Shown here piece after piece: positions 1 to 11,076 of a DNA stretch of 20,000 bases. The notes under the pieces are model-generated. The model was given only the letters and a program-made list of their open reading frames with translations, ran no database searches and was not told the DNA's origin. Each line of letters begins with the position of its first letter. The stretch's first letter is position 1. The stretch covers positions 52,739 through 72,738 of the forward strand of contig JYFJ02001686.1 in NCBI GenBank assembly GCA_000934665.2, given 5' to 3'. A program made the position numbers and the translations under genes. The DNA is from Catajapyx aquilonaris. Lineage: Eukaryota.

Positions 1-2116
1 GCGCACGTATCAACACATCCTTTTGATCATATTTCGCATAATTGACAGGTTGTCAGCTTAAGTGTGATATGTACTGAATGTGTGGAAAAAGGAGGGGGGA
101 ATCCCACACATTAGCCACTTGTGTAAATACACGTCCAAGGGCACCGACACGGCTGATTTACAGTTGAGAACACAACAGTGTGTATGTCGACACCAAACTC
201 GCCAGACCACACAACGCCCGAGATTTATTTACTTTATATCATGTTTACAGGCTGTATTGCGCCATATTGTTATGAAATTATAACAATGGAAAATGCAAGG
301 TGGTGTTATCACTCTGCCTTTTCTTCGCACTTGTACGTTAGTTGCTCAATGCTTTCAGCAGCTCTGTTTACAAAAAAAAGTACTGTGAATTTCCTCTTTG
401 TTGTACACACTGCAAATAAAATCGAGTGGAAAAATCGCTCGGAAAAGGACTGATCACCCAAACCGCTCGAAATTAATATTTCTGCGATTTTCTTCTCATT
501 GCAACATGTACCCATGTGGCCATGTATCCACTACCTATATGATGATAAAAATTCACATGGCATTCCCAATATTACATATACACTCCCTTTCCCCCCTTAC
601 CCTTTTGCAAATATTTCCCCCTCCAGTGGTAAGCCACGTCGAGGGTTCTGAAATCACGTTACCCCCGTAAATCCCATCCCGATTTGGGCAGCAAAAAGGG
701 GGGTGCCTCCAGAGGACCTTCCTTCCCCGAAACATTTATGAACCTCTTCTCTCCCAATTAACCCAATCACACTCGGTTTGGGTGTCGACCCCCCCCCCCC
801 NCCAATACCCCCTCGTAGTTCCCCTCGTGCCCAGCCCCGCCTCGATTCCTCAACATGCAGCTATGATTGACAATTACGGCATATTGTCCCGCGTAATTTC
901 ATTACGCGCGGTGAAGTAATGGTAAAGAGGCAGACGCGTGCTATGAAGTGGAGCTGCGTGAGGGCAAACCTCAATGGACCTCGCTTCCTGTCCCGGGCCG
1001 ATAAATTTGCATTCATAGAGCCGCTTTGCATGTGTTAAGCTAGAACACAAACACACCCCCCTCCCAGCTCCTCATTTGCATGACGGAAAGAGCAGCAGTT
1101 ACAGTTTTTTTTACAGGCCACCCAGCAGTCTCATTCAAGCAGTTGAGACAAGATTCTTGAAGTGCTATCATGCAGAATGATTAGGTCAATTTGTGTTTCA
1201 GTATTTTTTTTGTGCCATGTCCTTAACATTTTAATTTTGGTAAAAAAAAGACTGGTTCCAGAACGGGTTCGGTTTCATAAATGACCCCAACCAATGTCTT
1301 TGAGCTCTTATCATCAAGAGGCGCAGTTCCGCTCTCGCGCCAAGAAGCGCCAGATTCATCCTTCTATGGGCGAAAAAAGAAGCTGGGAAGTAGGGAGGGA
1401 GAGATATAAATGGCTTCTCTTCACTGATTTATACGGGACTTGGGTGTCCCGGAGCATTATCCGCCGCGGCCCGGATTTGTCCGACCAGGGATATAAATCA
1501 TTCCTTGCCGCAACCCACGCATGACTGTCGCTGCAACCGGGGGTTAAACAATCCGGACCATATTTTTTATATTGGAATCCGGAAACTGCCCGTTCCGGAC
1601 ATACCAAAAATTTGCGTCTCCCAAATCGCCCAGTAACAATCAATCCTGATTTTAGCAGAGTAATTAGTCGTCTCTCTTGTTTTTGGACAAGAATTGAATG
1701 GATATTTCCTGATGCGATGAGTCTCAGTCTGATAACTTACGTAACCCCGTTTCTGCACGGCTTCCTGATGTACAATGCACGAACACAGGAGTTGTCTATC
1801 TCCCGTGCTATTAATTCTGCTGCCACAAGATGTGATCCGTGGATAATCCGGACAATTTCCAGGGGATCGGAGGAGAAATAACTTGGAGAAAAAATGGTGG
1901 TCTTCAAGGGCACGTCAATGATTAATGATGAGGAAAGTGGTCTCCTTTAACGTGCAAGGTCGCACAGGTGAGTGCAACGTTGTATGGAAACTGCATAGGT
2001 CTTCTTTAGAATTATGGACAGTCGACTGCACTGTGTTGAAGAGAGGACATTATGGCTTTATCTCGGGACTTGAATTTTTAAAGAATCTTGGGATGACAAT
2101 TATTTCAACGAACTCA

Positions 2117-2465
2117 CAAGGGAATGACCCAGGGTGGTCGCCTCCGATTTGGCTGCAATTCACTTGAGGGGTCAATCATGTGCTATAAACACAGTGGTGA
2201 AAGTTCTAGATTCCACTCTTCATCCGTTTCCGAGATATGAACGACGGAAACATCCGAATTTTGGCCGCGCGTACAGGGGCCGTGCGGGAAAGGGACAAGT
2301 GCAAGGCATATGCGCGGCCAAAATTCGGCCGTTTCCGTCGCTCATATCTCGGAAACGGATAAACAGTGGAATCTAGGACTTTCACCACTGTGTTTATAGC
2401 ACATGATTGACCCCTCAAGCGAGTTGCAGCCAAATCGAAGGCGAACACCCTTGGTCATTCCCCTG
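2117..2465. mobile_element. Palindromic MITE / foldback non-autonomous DNA transposon with 3-bp TSD (TCA)
   Basis: Arms 2117-2273 and 2309-2465 (157 bp each) are reverse complements with 13 mismatches and no indels by manual alignment, around a 35-bp spacer. Termini are CAAGGGAATGACC / GGTCATTCCCCTG. TCA occurs directly outside both ends (2114-2116, 2466-2468). Confidence 0.88.
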
Positions 2466-4456
2466 TCAGTTTGAAAACGCTTTGGAACAAAATTAGTAAA
2501 TAACGAGCACTTTTAACCTATAATTTTAGGAACATGGACTCACATCGAGTGACAATCAATCAAAAGGGACAGTCCAACTTCAATTAGATTGAGTGAAAAC
2601 CCAATGAAATCGTGCCGAAAATCACTCCAAGAATGTAAGATTTGGAGGCAAATAATAATTTTATAGCTCCTTTAGTAATTTTATTCATTTAGAGTAACAC
2701 AGAAACCTCCAATAAAAATATTCACACAATTTGAGTGATATGAATGGCTTGATTGAGAAGTTCAAAGAAATCGCTCTGAGAGAATAAAAAATAGCCCATT
2801 TAAAGTTATTGTACGACTTAATCAGTACTATAGTTTTAAGGGCAAGTTTCGCTCAAATTGAGCTATTTTTAGCTACAATTATATCGTTTTAGAATGCCCC
2901 GTCTCTATATAAGCAGAGAAAAATGAACCTTTTCCTTCCTTCCAATAAGCCTGTCCCTTGAACATCCCTGTCGCAGAGTTGACACCTCTCGTGTGAGAAG
3001 TGTCCCAATGACCAAAAAGCATCGCCATTGGAACTCGCTGACGCCAGCCAAACCATCCAGACCTCCCTGAATGATATAAAATTCCGGATGAAGAAGCGAG
3101 AAATCCCCAGCTCTTCATTCTCACCCTCTGGCTGTTATTCTCCATTACTCAGCACTCTTCTTAATTATTCCACCTGCCTTGACTCTTCGCGCCAGCATCC
3201 GTCAGAATCTCACCACGACATGGCGGCTACGATATAGCCCAAGAAGAAGTAGAAAAAAAAATGGCTGTCTGAGAGAGGGTAAAAATGAAGAGCTGTGTTT
3301 ATACACGATACCGACGATGATCACGTTCTTTCGAGAATGATCGTCATGATTAAGCAAGAATGCATCATCCAAGAATGCCCGTTGGGTATATGGGCGCTGA
3401 TTTTTCGGATATTTTGACCTCACAGTCACGGATGGGCAGTCACTAGCGTATGTTGTGTACACATAGCAAAAATGCGATATGGAGGTCCATATAGCTCCAG
3501 TTCTACGCAGTTCTTTTGGTAGATCCTGATGTGTAGGCTGCATGGTAAATCCCTCATATGTAAAGCAGAGGAAATAATCTACCTTTTTGTCAGAGTAGAA
3601 TATGCCTGTCTATTCCACTACAGCGGTTGGTCATGCAGTCGTCAGTATTTACCCCCCCCCCCNAAAAAAAAGCGGCATGATCTGACCGATAACTGTAGAA
3701 TAACAAGCACAAAAACACCGGCTACGGCTATAATTACTTGGACAAACAGCCTTGTGTTGCAGCTTTTAGAACTAATTTAACGCCGTGGTAATCCTATAAC
3801 GGAGCGGTAAAGCAGTAACGGCCTCCGGTATTCCTACACATCCTTTTTTTCTCTCTCTTCTCATTCTATTCGCATTTAACCGTACTTTGAGCTCGATGTA
3901 AACGTGACCATCGAAGTACACGACATTTTCATCCCTTTAGCTCCCGTACATATACGGGCAAGTACTCTGGTAACTTTCTGGTGGCATGACCGGAAGAAGC
4001 ATTTCTTAGCTTCGGCCACGCCTACTGAGCATCTCCCTGGAGGCAACAATGGCTCCCCCTTTCCTTGCTATTTGGCTGCAACCTCCTCCATCTATGGGTC
4101 TCTCTGGTGCTTCTAGTGGGTGCCTCCATGCTCCAGCGGCCATGGGGCCCAAGGGGTCAAGCTTGGCTGCCTCCTTCGCTCTGCCTCTCTCAACATGGCT
4201 AGACCTCCTCGTCAGAGCCTGATGACTACATTAGGACCTCCTCTCCACTCTCATTCCCTCATCTCACGTTTCCTTGCCCTCAAGTGCTAGCTGGACGAAT
4301 CAAATAATGAAAAGAAGAAAAAAAAACTGAGAGAAAACTTTCTGGAGGGAGGTCATGTGTGGTTTGGTAGCTGACCCTCGGTGGAAGGATGGATGGACTT
4401 AAATCAGATCAAAATGTGAAGCTAACTTTTCTCAAATTGCCAAAGAGCAGGGAGAA

Positions 4457-4707
4457 TATCCTGGTGGATAGGCAACTCATATGGCACTACCAGGCGTGTT
4501 TGTCCTTATTAATCCAGGTATGCCTAGCGTCCTATATGTAGGACACTTGCACAGTTAATTTTTTGTTGTTATGTTAGTGCATCATTTGCTCATTAATTTA
4601 AAAAAAAATATTAGTTATCCTGATGGGTAGGCAGCTTATATGGCACTACCAGTAGTGTTAGTCATTAACCCAGTAGTGTCCTATATGTAGGACACTCGTA
4701 CAGTTAA
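4457..4707 (+). repeat. Diverged direct duplication (4457-4558 and 4616-4707), probably DNA-transposon end remnants
   Basis: Both copies read TATCCTG.TGG.TAGGCA.CT.ATATGGCACTACCAG ... GTCCTATATGTAGGACACT.G.ACAGTTAA. Each contains the hairpin GTCCTA-TATG-TAGGAC. Confidence 0.75.
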
Positions 4708-4983
4708 ATTTCCGATTATCCGGGTGCGGATTATCCATGCATCGCCAAAAAAATTGAAGTCCAAAAAATGTCAATGTTTCGCACGAAAAATTACGGACTT
4801 CTTGTCTAGAGAACTACCTAAAAATCTATATGTAAGTTTTATTATTTTGATTAAAGTATTTAAAGAAGCATACACTATGAACAGTAGTACATTTAAAACG
4901 TGTGAATTATTTTTACGGTGTCTAGGATCATTGTCGGATTATCCGCGTTTTCCGATCATCCGGCCGGATAATCGGGAGTAGTG
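4701..4983. mobile_element. Decayed Tc1/mariner-pogo-like MITE with TA flanks
   Basis: Left end TA|CAGTTAAATTTCCGATTATCCGG; right end CCGGATAATCGGGAGTAGTG|TA, so the core CCGATTATCCGG is inverted. Extra subterminal GGATTATCC(G) motifs and an AT-rich interior. The outer TIR bases are imperfect. Confidence 0.6.
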
Positions 4984-6183
4984 TAATTACGTCAGTCCAT
5001 TTGCTAATAATATTTAAAAAATTAACAACTGGGTTAATATCATGCGCTCAGGCATCCATCTCCGTAATTTCCATCTAACCCCGACAATTACTCTGACAAA
5101 AAAAATTCTCCAAAAACTTCTAGGTGTTAATTTAAGGTGTGCGAAAGTCGTGATGCCACCACTTATAAATATACAGCAAAGGCATTGGTGTAGAGATAAA
5201 AAAAAGTAAGGAAGGTTACAAAATTTCCCAACCCATTCCCTCCTCCTCCTCCTCCACACCCCCCCCCCCCTCTATAATTAATTATGGCGCTTCTCATCAC
5301 CGCTTTCAAAATGTCACCCTCGGTTTCCCGTTCCCATGCCAACGCAACTCTGGTTGCTAGGTGGCACGGCTTCAACACCAACCCTCCCCCAGCAACCTCC
5401 CCTACCAACCAAACTCTTTATAGATTCGCTCGTGTCGAAATTTGATGAGTTCGGCACGAACTTTCCTATACCAGTATATGACACAAAAAAACATATGCGG
5501 ATTGCAACATTCTAATATTCCATCGACATCTAGTGTCGTGTGCCATCAGGTCGAAGATGCCAAGTCACGCGTGAATAAATTATAACGTTGCAAATACGAC
5601 GAAAAAGGGGGGGGGGGNTTGAAATTGCTACGGGCGAGAAAAGGAGAAAAGGGGAGGGGGGGGGGAAGCTATATATGATGTCAAGCTGAATCGCTGCCTC
5701 TTTATGTCTCCTTTCTTGTTCTCGCAATATTCACTCGTAGTACGAAATATTCCCTCAAAAAAAATGCAGATTTGGCATAAATTTTTAGGAAGTTAAAATT
5801 AGAGTTGGTGACTAGCACTTCCTGGTCTGAAGAAAACGTCACTCTGTCGGTACGACTAGACACTATATATCAAAATCTGAACTCCCAGAAGGCAGGCTTT
5901 AATTTCCCAGCTCTCCTCAAAGGCATGTTCTTTGATAGGGTCCGCCCGTATTCAACCCCCCGTTCCTCATTAACAACCTGATAAGGAGTCGGCAAATAAA
6001 GCCCTGATAACATCCGCAGAAATTGTAGCAGACCAGCAAGTTAGAGGGGGAGACTCCGTTTTGAAATGTACAGCGATTCAACACAAATGACATTCGGTCG
6101 ATACACTGTCATTTGCTGGTAAGACTGTATGTATTTTATTGCACACCCGGTACAGGGCTACAACAGTTTTTGCGATAACTCTA

Positions 6184-6555
6184 CACTGCAATTCATGTAC
6201 TGTTCATGTACCGACTTGAAGGCGCAACAAAATTTATTCAGCACAAAATGTCGTCTACAGTACTGACTTGCAGACAGTATTAAAGCTGATGAATTTTTAA
6301 ACATTCACATAATCGATGATAATTTAATAATTGTTTTGTCAACTTTTATCATCGTTATTGCTTGGGTCTCTCGATGTTAAATACTGTCTACAAGTCAGTA
6401 TTGCAGACGGTACTATTTGACGTCCAAGTAGGTACCGGTGAATCAATACCATTTTCAAGTCAGTATCTGAACGATGAACTGTCTACAAGCCAATACTGTA
6501 GACACTTTGTTGATCACAAAGTACCACCTCCGGAATCGGTACATAAATTACAGCA
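6184..6555. mobile_element. Non-autonomous TIR element, copy 1 (CACTG...CATGTACCGA ends; internal inverted repeat)
   Basis: Left CACTGCAATTCATGTAC(TGTTCATGTAC)CGACTT is inverted relative to right AATCGGTACATAAATTACAG. Internal 30-bp IR at 6252-6281 / 6380-6409 (27/30 match). Shares blocks with 7855-8046. Confidence 0.62.
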
Positions 6556-7168
6556 AATTGATCGGACGCCCATTGCTCTTGAAGTTCTATAGCTTCCTAA
6601 AAAAATTGCAAGAAATATTGACCCAGCAGCCATAGCACATCACATGTCAATAAGCATTGTTGCATCCAAACTAAGGGACAATGATTAATGATCCGAACAG
6701 GTCACCAAGAGCAATCACTTCCATTTTGTCCCAAACATTGGCAACATTGGTGACCCCAGTATTTTGGGTGGACATACCCAATTTTTTTTACGCCTCGACG
6801 ACATCTCCGATCAGAATCATTTATCATGTAGGGGGGTAGCCATGGGGAGAGTTGCTTTTGATAACATCCGGGCGCCTTATAACCCTCCTCTTTTACCTCC
6901 TCCTTCTCCCTATCATTTGTCTTGCCGGTCTCACCTGTCAAATCCGCTCAAAGAAGGCGAGGATAGAAGAGGACGTCATCAAAATCCAGCCTGTCTTTCA
7001 CACCTCCACTAGCAACCCTAAAAGCAGACTCATTATCCTTTCTACCTACGATTTGATATTTCAGCAATTCCTGCTTACTTCAGCAGCCTTCTCAGCAATA
7101 ATCCTCCGCTAGAGGGCAGGCAGGCAGATCGATTCGACCTCCCATAGGTATATATATATTCCCGTCTC

Positions 7169-7237
7169 TAAAAATGGTGGTAATCCACCCCCCTCTGTTC
7201 CCTCAAATGGAGTAAAGTTAAATAATTTTTAAAAAAA
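7169..7237 (+). mobile_element. 5'-truncated retroposon 3' end (LINE or SINE tail) with 11-bp TSD
   Basis: Flanked by the perfect direct repeat ATTCCCGTCTC (7158-7168, 7238-7248) and ends in an A-run. Contains AATGGTGGTAATCCACCCCCCT (7173-7194), identical to the minus strand of 17326-17347 inside the SINE. Confidence 0.65.
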
Positions 7238-7854
7238 ATTCCCGTCTCCAAGTCGGAACATGTCACGTGGCATCTCTTTTCATCGCTTTCCATCATCTCC
7301 CATGTAGTAGTCTAGTTTTACTAATGGCCGCCGCAGTTTTTCCCCCTCTTTGCACCCCCACGTCCATTATCGGGTCAGCATATGCAGGATTCGGGAGCCG
7401 CAGATTCAATTAACGAGCGTTCGACACGCACGGGGCGAGGTTGCATTATCCATACCAGGTTGCCAGTGCTATACTATTAGAGGAAATAACCGTGGACCCC
7501 CCTACTGGATTATAGGAGGGAAAATTGTAGGGGTGTGTCCCCCCTCCCTAGCACCTCGAAACCTCTCGAGAGATGGACTTCATTTTCCATTAAACAAGAT
7601 GTTCAAATTCGGTGGTGAAACCCACGAGGGATGGAGGGGTGCAGTCATCCATCACCAAGTCACTCGATAGGGAAAAGTGTGGGGAATTATCCTCAGAACC
7701 TCCCCCTCTTATATGCTGATGTATCGGCGAAATCCTAGAGATATGGATGATTGAAAATCGGAACCAACTCGTTTTCCGCCAAGAAACATGGAGGGTAAAT
7801 GGAGCCAAAATGGCGTCGAGTAATGAACAATTGCAATTATTTGACAATCCATAA

Positions 7855-8046
7855 CACTGTAAATCATGTACCGACTAAATACCATCTCCAGATCAATACA
7901 TGAATGCGTATACATGACGTCCAAGTCGGTAGCATACATCGTGATGTACCATTTTCAAGTCAGTGCACATGTGTCTAGTCAGTACCGTATAGACTGTATC
8001 TGCTGATCCCAAAGTACTACCTCGGAATCGGTACATGAATTACATT
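7855..8046. mobile_element. Non-autonomous TIR element, copy 2 (shorter, internally deleted relative of 6184-6555)
   Basis: Left CACTGTAAATCATGTACCGACT, right AATCGGTACATGAATTACA. Exact 18-mer TACCATTTTCAAGTCAGT at 7947-7964 matches 6447-6464. TGACGTCCAAGT and AAAGTAC.ACCTC(C)GGAATCGGTACAT are shared in the same order. Confidence 0.6.
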
Positions 8047-9917
8047 ACGATTAAGAAATTTAGTTTCATATGTCAGATACACCGCATACAGGACAGCAAG
8101 TACCTGTCCTACATCTGGACATTCGCCATGACCAATGGGCAGCGGAAAGACAGCAATTTTTAGCACCCATTCGACAGACGGAATTCCAAAAAAATGTCAA
8201 AAAAAAATTGGAACGGGGAGCGATTAAAAAAAGTAGGAAACTCCTGGACAAACTCTAGACACAATCTATTTCCCACGATGAGTGGGAAAATTTTCATGCC
8301 CGTCTAGTCGCCCGATTGTCATTTCAGCTACTTTGCTACGCTTTCCAAACGGACCGTTACTGTATGAAAATGATGTACCGCTAGAAATGTTCTGATAGTG
8401 TGCTGAGAGGACCGTTTCACCAAGTTGCCACCAAAGCACGACCACACCACACAATTTTGGCATAAAAAAATACACAAACTACAGAATTTGGTCCCACTAA
8501 TTCGACCGAATGTTCAGGGTTTTCTATCAATATGGGCAAATGGATTACAAAATTAAATTGTAAAAAAATCATAAATTGGCTATTACAATAATCCAAAATA
8601 TTTCCAAAAATTGGCCAAAATGGAATGAAAACAAACACTTGAGGTGCATGAAGTGGCGCCTGTAGCAACCCCACCCTAGGCAGGCAGGCAGGCAGCAAAA
8701 ACCCCTGCAAGCCTTGTAACCAGGGGCTGATGTCCCTACCAACCAGAGCTCACGAGGGCTGCCCCGCCCTCTCCTCACCCTGGGAACCTCATCGATCCTC
8801 CCCCACCCCCAGAACTCTAATGGTGGCAGCCCCCATTCTGAACCCCCCCCCCTCCCCCTACTACCCTTCGACCCTCTCTCTCTCTCTCTACCCTCTCTCT
8901 AAAAGTAATAACGTGGGAAGCTGGCGCGCGAGAGCAAACGAAAAACTGGGGGTTCCCGCATTGTCCCCAGGCCTCCTGGACCAGCTGGCAGGCTACGCTT
9001 TAACGCTCTACCTTCCCGCCAACGTATGACCTAAGGGGGTCAAACCCCGATAGATAACCTCACTCACGCTAGACATGCCAACTCTTCCTGGTAAGGCTGA
9101 TGCCCCACTTTTCAGTTCCGAAAAATCGACAACAATCCATAAGTGGTTTTAGAACTCCCTATTGTTGTAGACATGAGCTAATGACCATAACATCAACCTC
9201 AAATGAAACTATTCATGACCTATAACCTTTTATCACAATGAGCCACACTGTTATGTCAGCAATCGACATTGATACATACTATGGTTTAGCCGCCGGATTC
9301 ACCTCTACTGGGCGCCACCTTTTAAAGAGATTTAACATTAAGTTGGTACTAGCAACTACCAAAAATGCGAGTAGTTTTGTAGAACATGACTCGCTACCAT
9401 TTAGAGTGGTGCAGTTGAGAGGAGGATGTCCAATTCTCTTGGTTGCGCCATGAATTGTGTGCTCTGCCCTTCGCCCTTCTCCCCTACTGGCATCCGTAGG
9501 CCTGCCCTCTTTCCCCCTCCATCCCCTACCTCCCCCCTTGCTCTCTCTCTCTCTTCCGACCAGGCTTTTCATATGCAGCCAGATGGAGGAAATGAAATGC
9601 GTTTCCGGCCCTCCGCTTGCCTCCGCTGCCTGCTCTCCGCGTGGGGGAAAAAGCAGCCAGCCAGGGGGTGGAGGAGCGGGGAATCTACCCACATCCCTCC
9701 CTACTCCCTCTCTCTGATTTCCAAGACTCCCCCCATAAAAATTCAGAGTGGGAAAGAACTGGATGTGACGTCATGCAAAAAGTGCCACTTTACATCGGAA
9801 GTCATGATGGACATATGACTATCCGGATCCATTGGGCCTAAGAGTCATTGAACGGACTCAAAGTCATGTTTTGACTGGTAAGATGCAGAAAAATTTGAGC
9901 TATGTGGGTCGCGAATA

Positions 9918-10184
9918 AGGGTGTTCGCGAATTAGTTCTCGTGAATACATAGGGTGTTCGGGAATAGGTTCTCGCGAGTACTAGGGTGTTCGGGAATAGG
10001 TTCTCGCGAGTACCAGGGTGTTCGAGAATTGGTTCCGCGAATACCAGGGTGTTCGGGAATAGGTTCCGCGAATGGGTGTTCGAGAATTGGTTCTCGCGAA
10101 TACCAGGGTGTTCGGGAATTGGTTCTCGTGAATACATAGGGTGTTCGCGAATAGGTTCTCGCGAATACATAGGGTGTTCACGAA
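9918..10184 (+). repeat. Minisatellite, unit ~28-33 bp, 8 full copies plus a partial
   Basis: Consensus AGGGTGTTCG(G/C/A)GAAT(A/T)GGTTCTCGCGAATAC(C/AT). Units start at 9918, 9951, 9983, 10015, 10046, 10074, 10105, 10138 and 10171, head to tail with no unique spacers. Confidence 0.95.
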
Positions 10185-10996
10185 CGTAGGATACGAGCTG
10201 ACTTATGAAACAAGCAGGGATTACCCCTATTGGCCGAATAGGCCCTTAGAGACAAACACGACCTTCATTAGCTCCCTCGCACCCATTTTTTCGGGGGTCC
10301 TTTGCTTCATTTCTCTCATCATCCCTTGTCCACCCCTATGGCACCCACCCATCCACCCACCCCTCCGATATCGCTTTAACGCCCGAATCCACACCCCTCC
10401 TTGGCTGGGTAGCCTCAGCGGACAACCCTCCCAACCCCAAAACCTCCCCTTCAATCCCCTCCGATCATTACAGGAGATGGAGTGTCAAAATGTCAAATTC
10501 AGATTGCAGAGGGGGCGGGGCCCGGACCCCCGCTTGGGGATTCATGGGGGACCTTTGGGGGGAAGACCCCCACCCCTACTACAACCCACCCCTACTTTTG
10601 ACAGATCTCGGCAGAGTTGAGATGACAGGGAGTGCCGGGGATTCGGTACTGCCTGGAAGAAGACAGGACGAGTGCAAAGGAAAAGCTGGAGGGGGATTGT
10701 CGCCAACGGGACAATAGGGGATTATCCTTCCTGCCCACCCTATCCCACCCACCAGGCTCATACGCGGCTCGCATGCCTCATGCATTAATATCAGGAGGAT
10801 TATGACAGGGTGGCACCCTTCGCACTGGCAACGCACACCCAGATCCATACATAGCATAGTGTATGACGCGTGTATGACGTAGTCTTTACCATATCGCAAG
10901 TTGTGTTTGAATAATCAATTGGAAGTGGAAATTATTATCAATTATTACATGGCAGAGTGAAGAGACTTTGACATGTGCTTATCATTGAGATATGAA

Positions 10997-11069
10997 GGCC
11001 CAGTGGCGCAACGGATAACGCGTCTGACTACGGATCAGAAGATTCCAGGTTCGAATCCTGGCTGGGTCG
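10997..11069 (+). tRNA. tRNA-Arg(ACG): tRNA-Arg, anticodon ACG (ICG after editing), intronless, eukaryotic cytosolic type
   Basis: 73 nt that fold into a complete cloverleaf. Acceptor stem GGCCCAG/CTGGGTC (one G-U) with discriminator G; D arm GCGC-AACGGATA-ACGC; anticodon stem TCTGA/TCAGA with loop CTACGGA (ACG at 11030-11032); T stem CCAGG/CCTGG with loop TTCGAAT. The core matches the conserved metazoan tRNA-Arg(ACG). No encoded CCA. Confidence 0.98.
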
Positions 11070-11076
11070 CGCACAC

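Noticed and set aside
1430..1865. Scattered TCCGGA/ATTATCCG/GGATAATCCGG motifs suggesting another MITE
   Set aside because: No definable termini or TSD; too decayed to call.
2134..2448. Two 80-aa ORFs on opposite strands with near-identical sequence (apparent gene pair)
   Set aside because: This is a direct consequence of the DNA palindrome, and both use non-ATG starts.
9918..10184. CRISPR-like array of ~32-bp repeats
   Set aside because: Units are contiguous with no unique spacers, there are no cas genes and the context is eukaryotic. It is a minisatellite.
10320..10600. G-run/C-run clusters able to form G-quadruplexes
   Set aside because: Such runs are common throughout the window, and nothing singles this one out as functional.
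9838..10620. Overlapping ORFs of 61-159 aa with repetitive translations
   Set aside because: They arise from the stop-poor tandem repeat and the C-rich low-complexity DNA after it. No recognisable domain.
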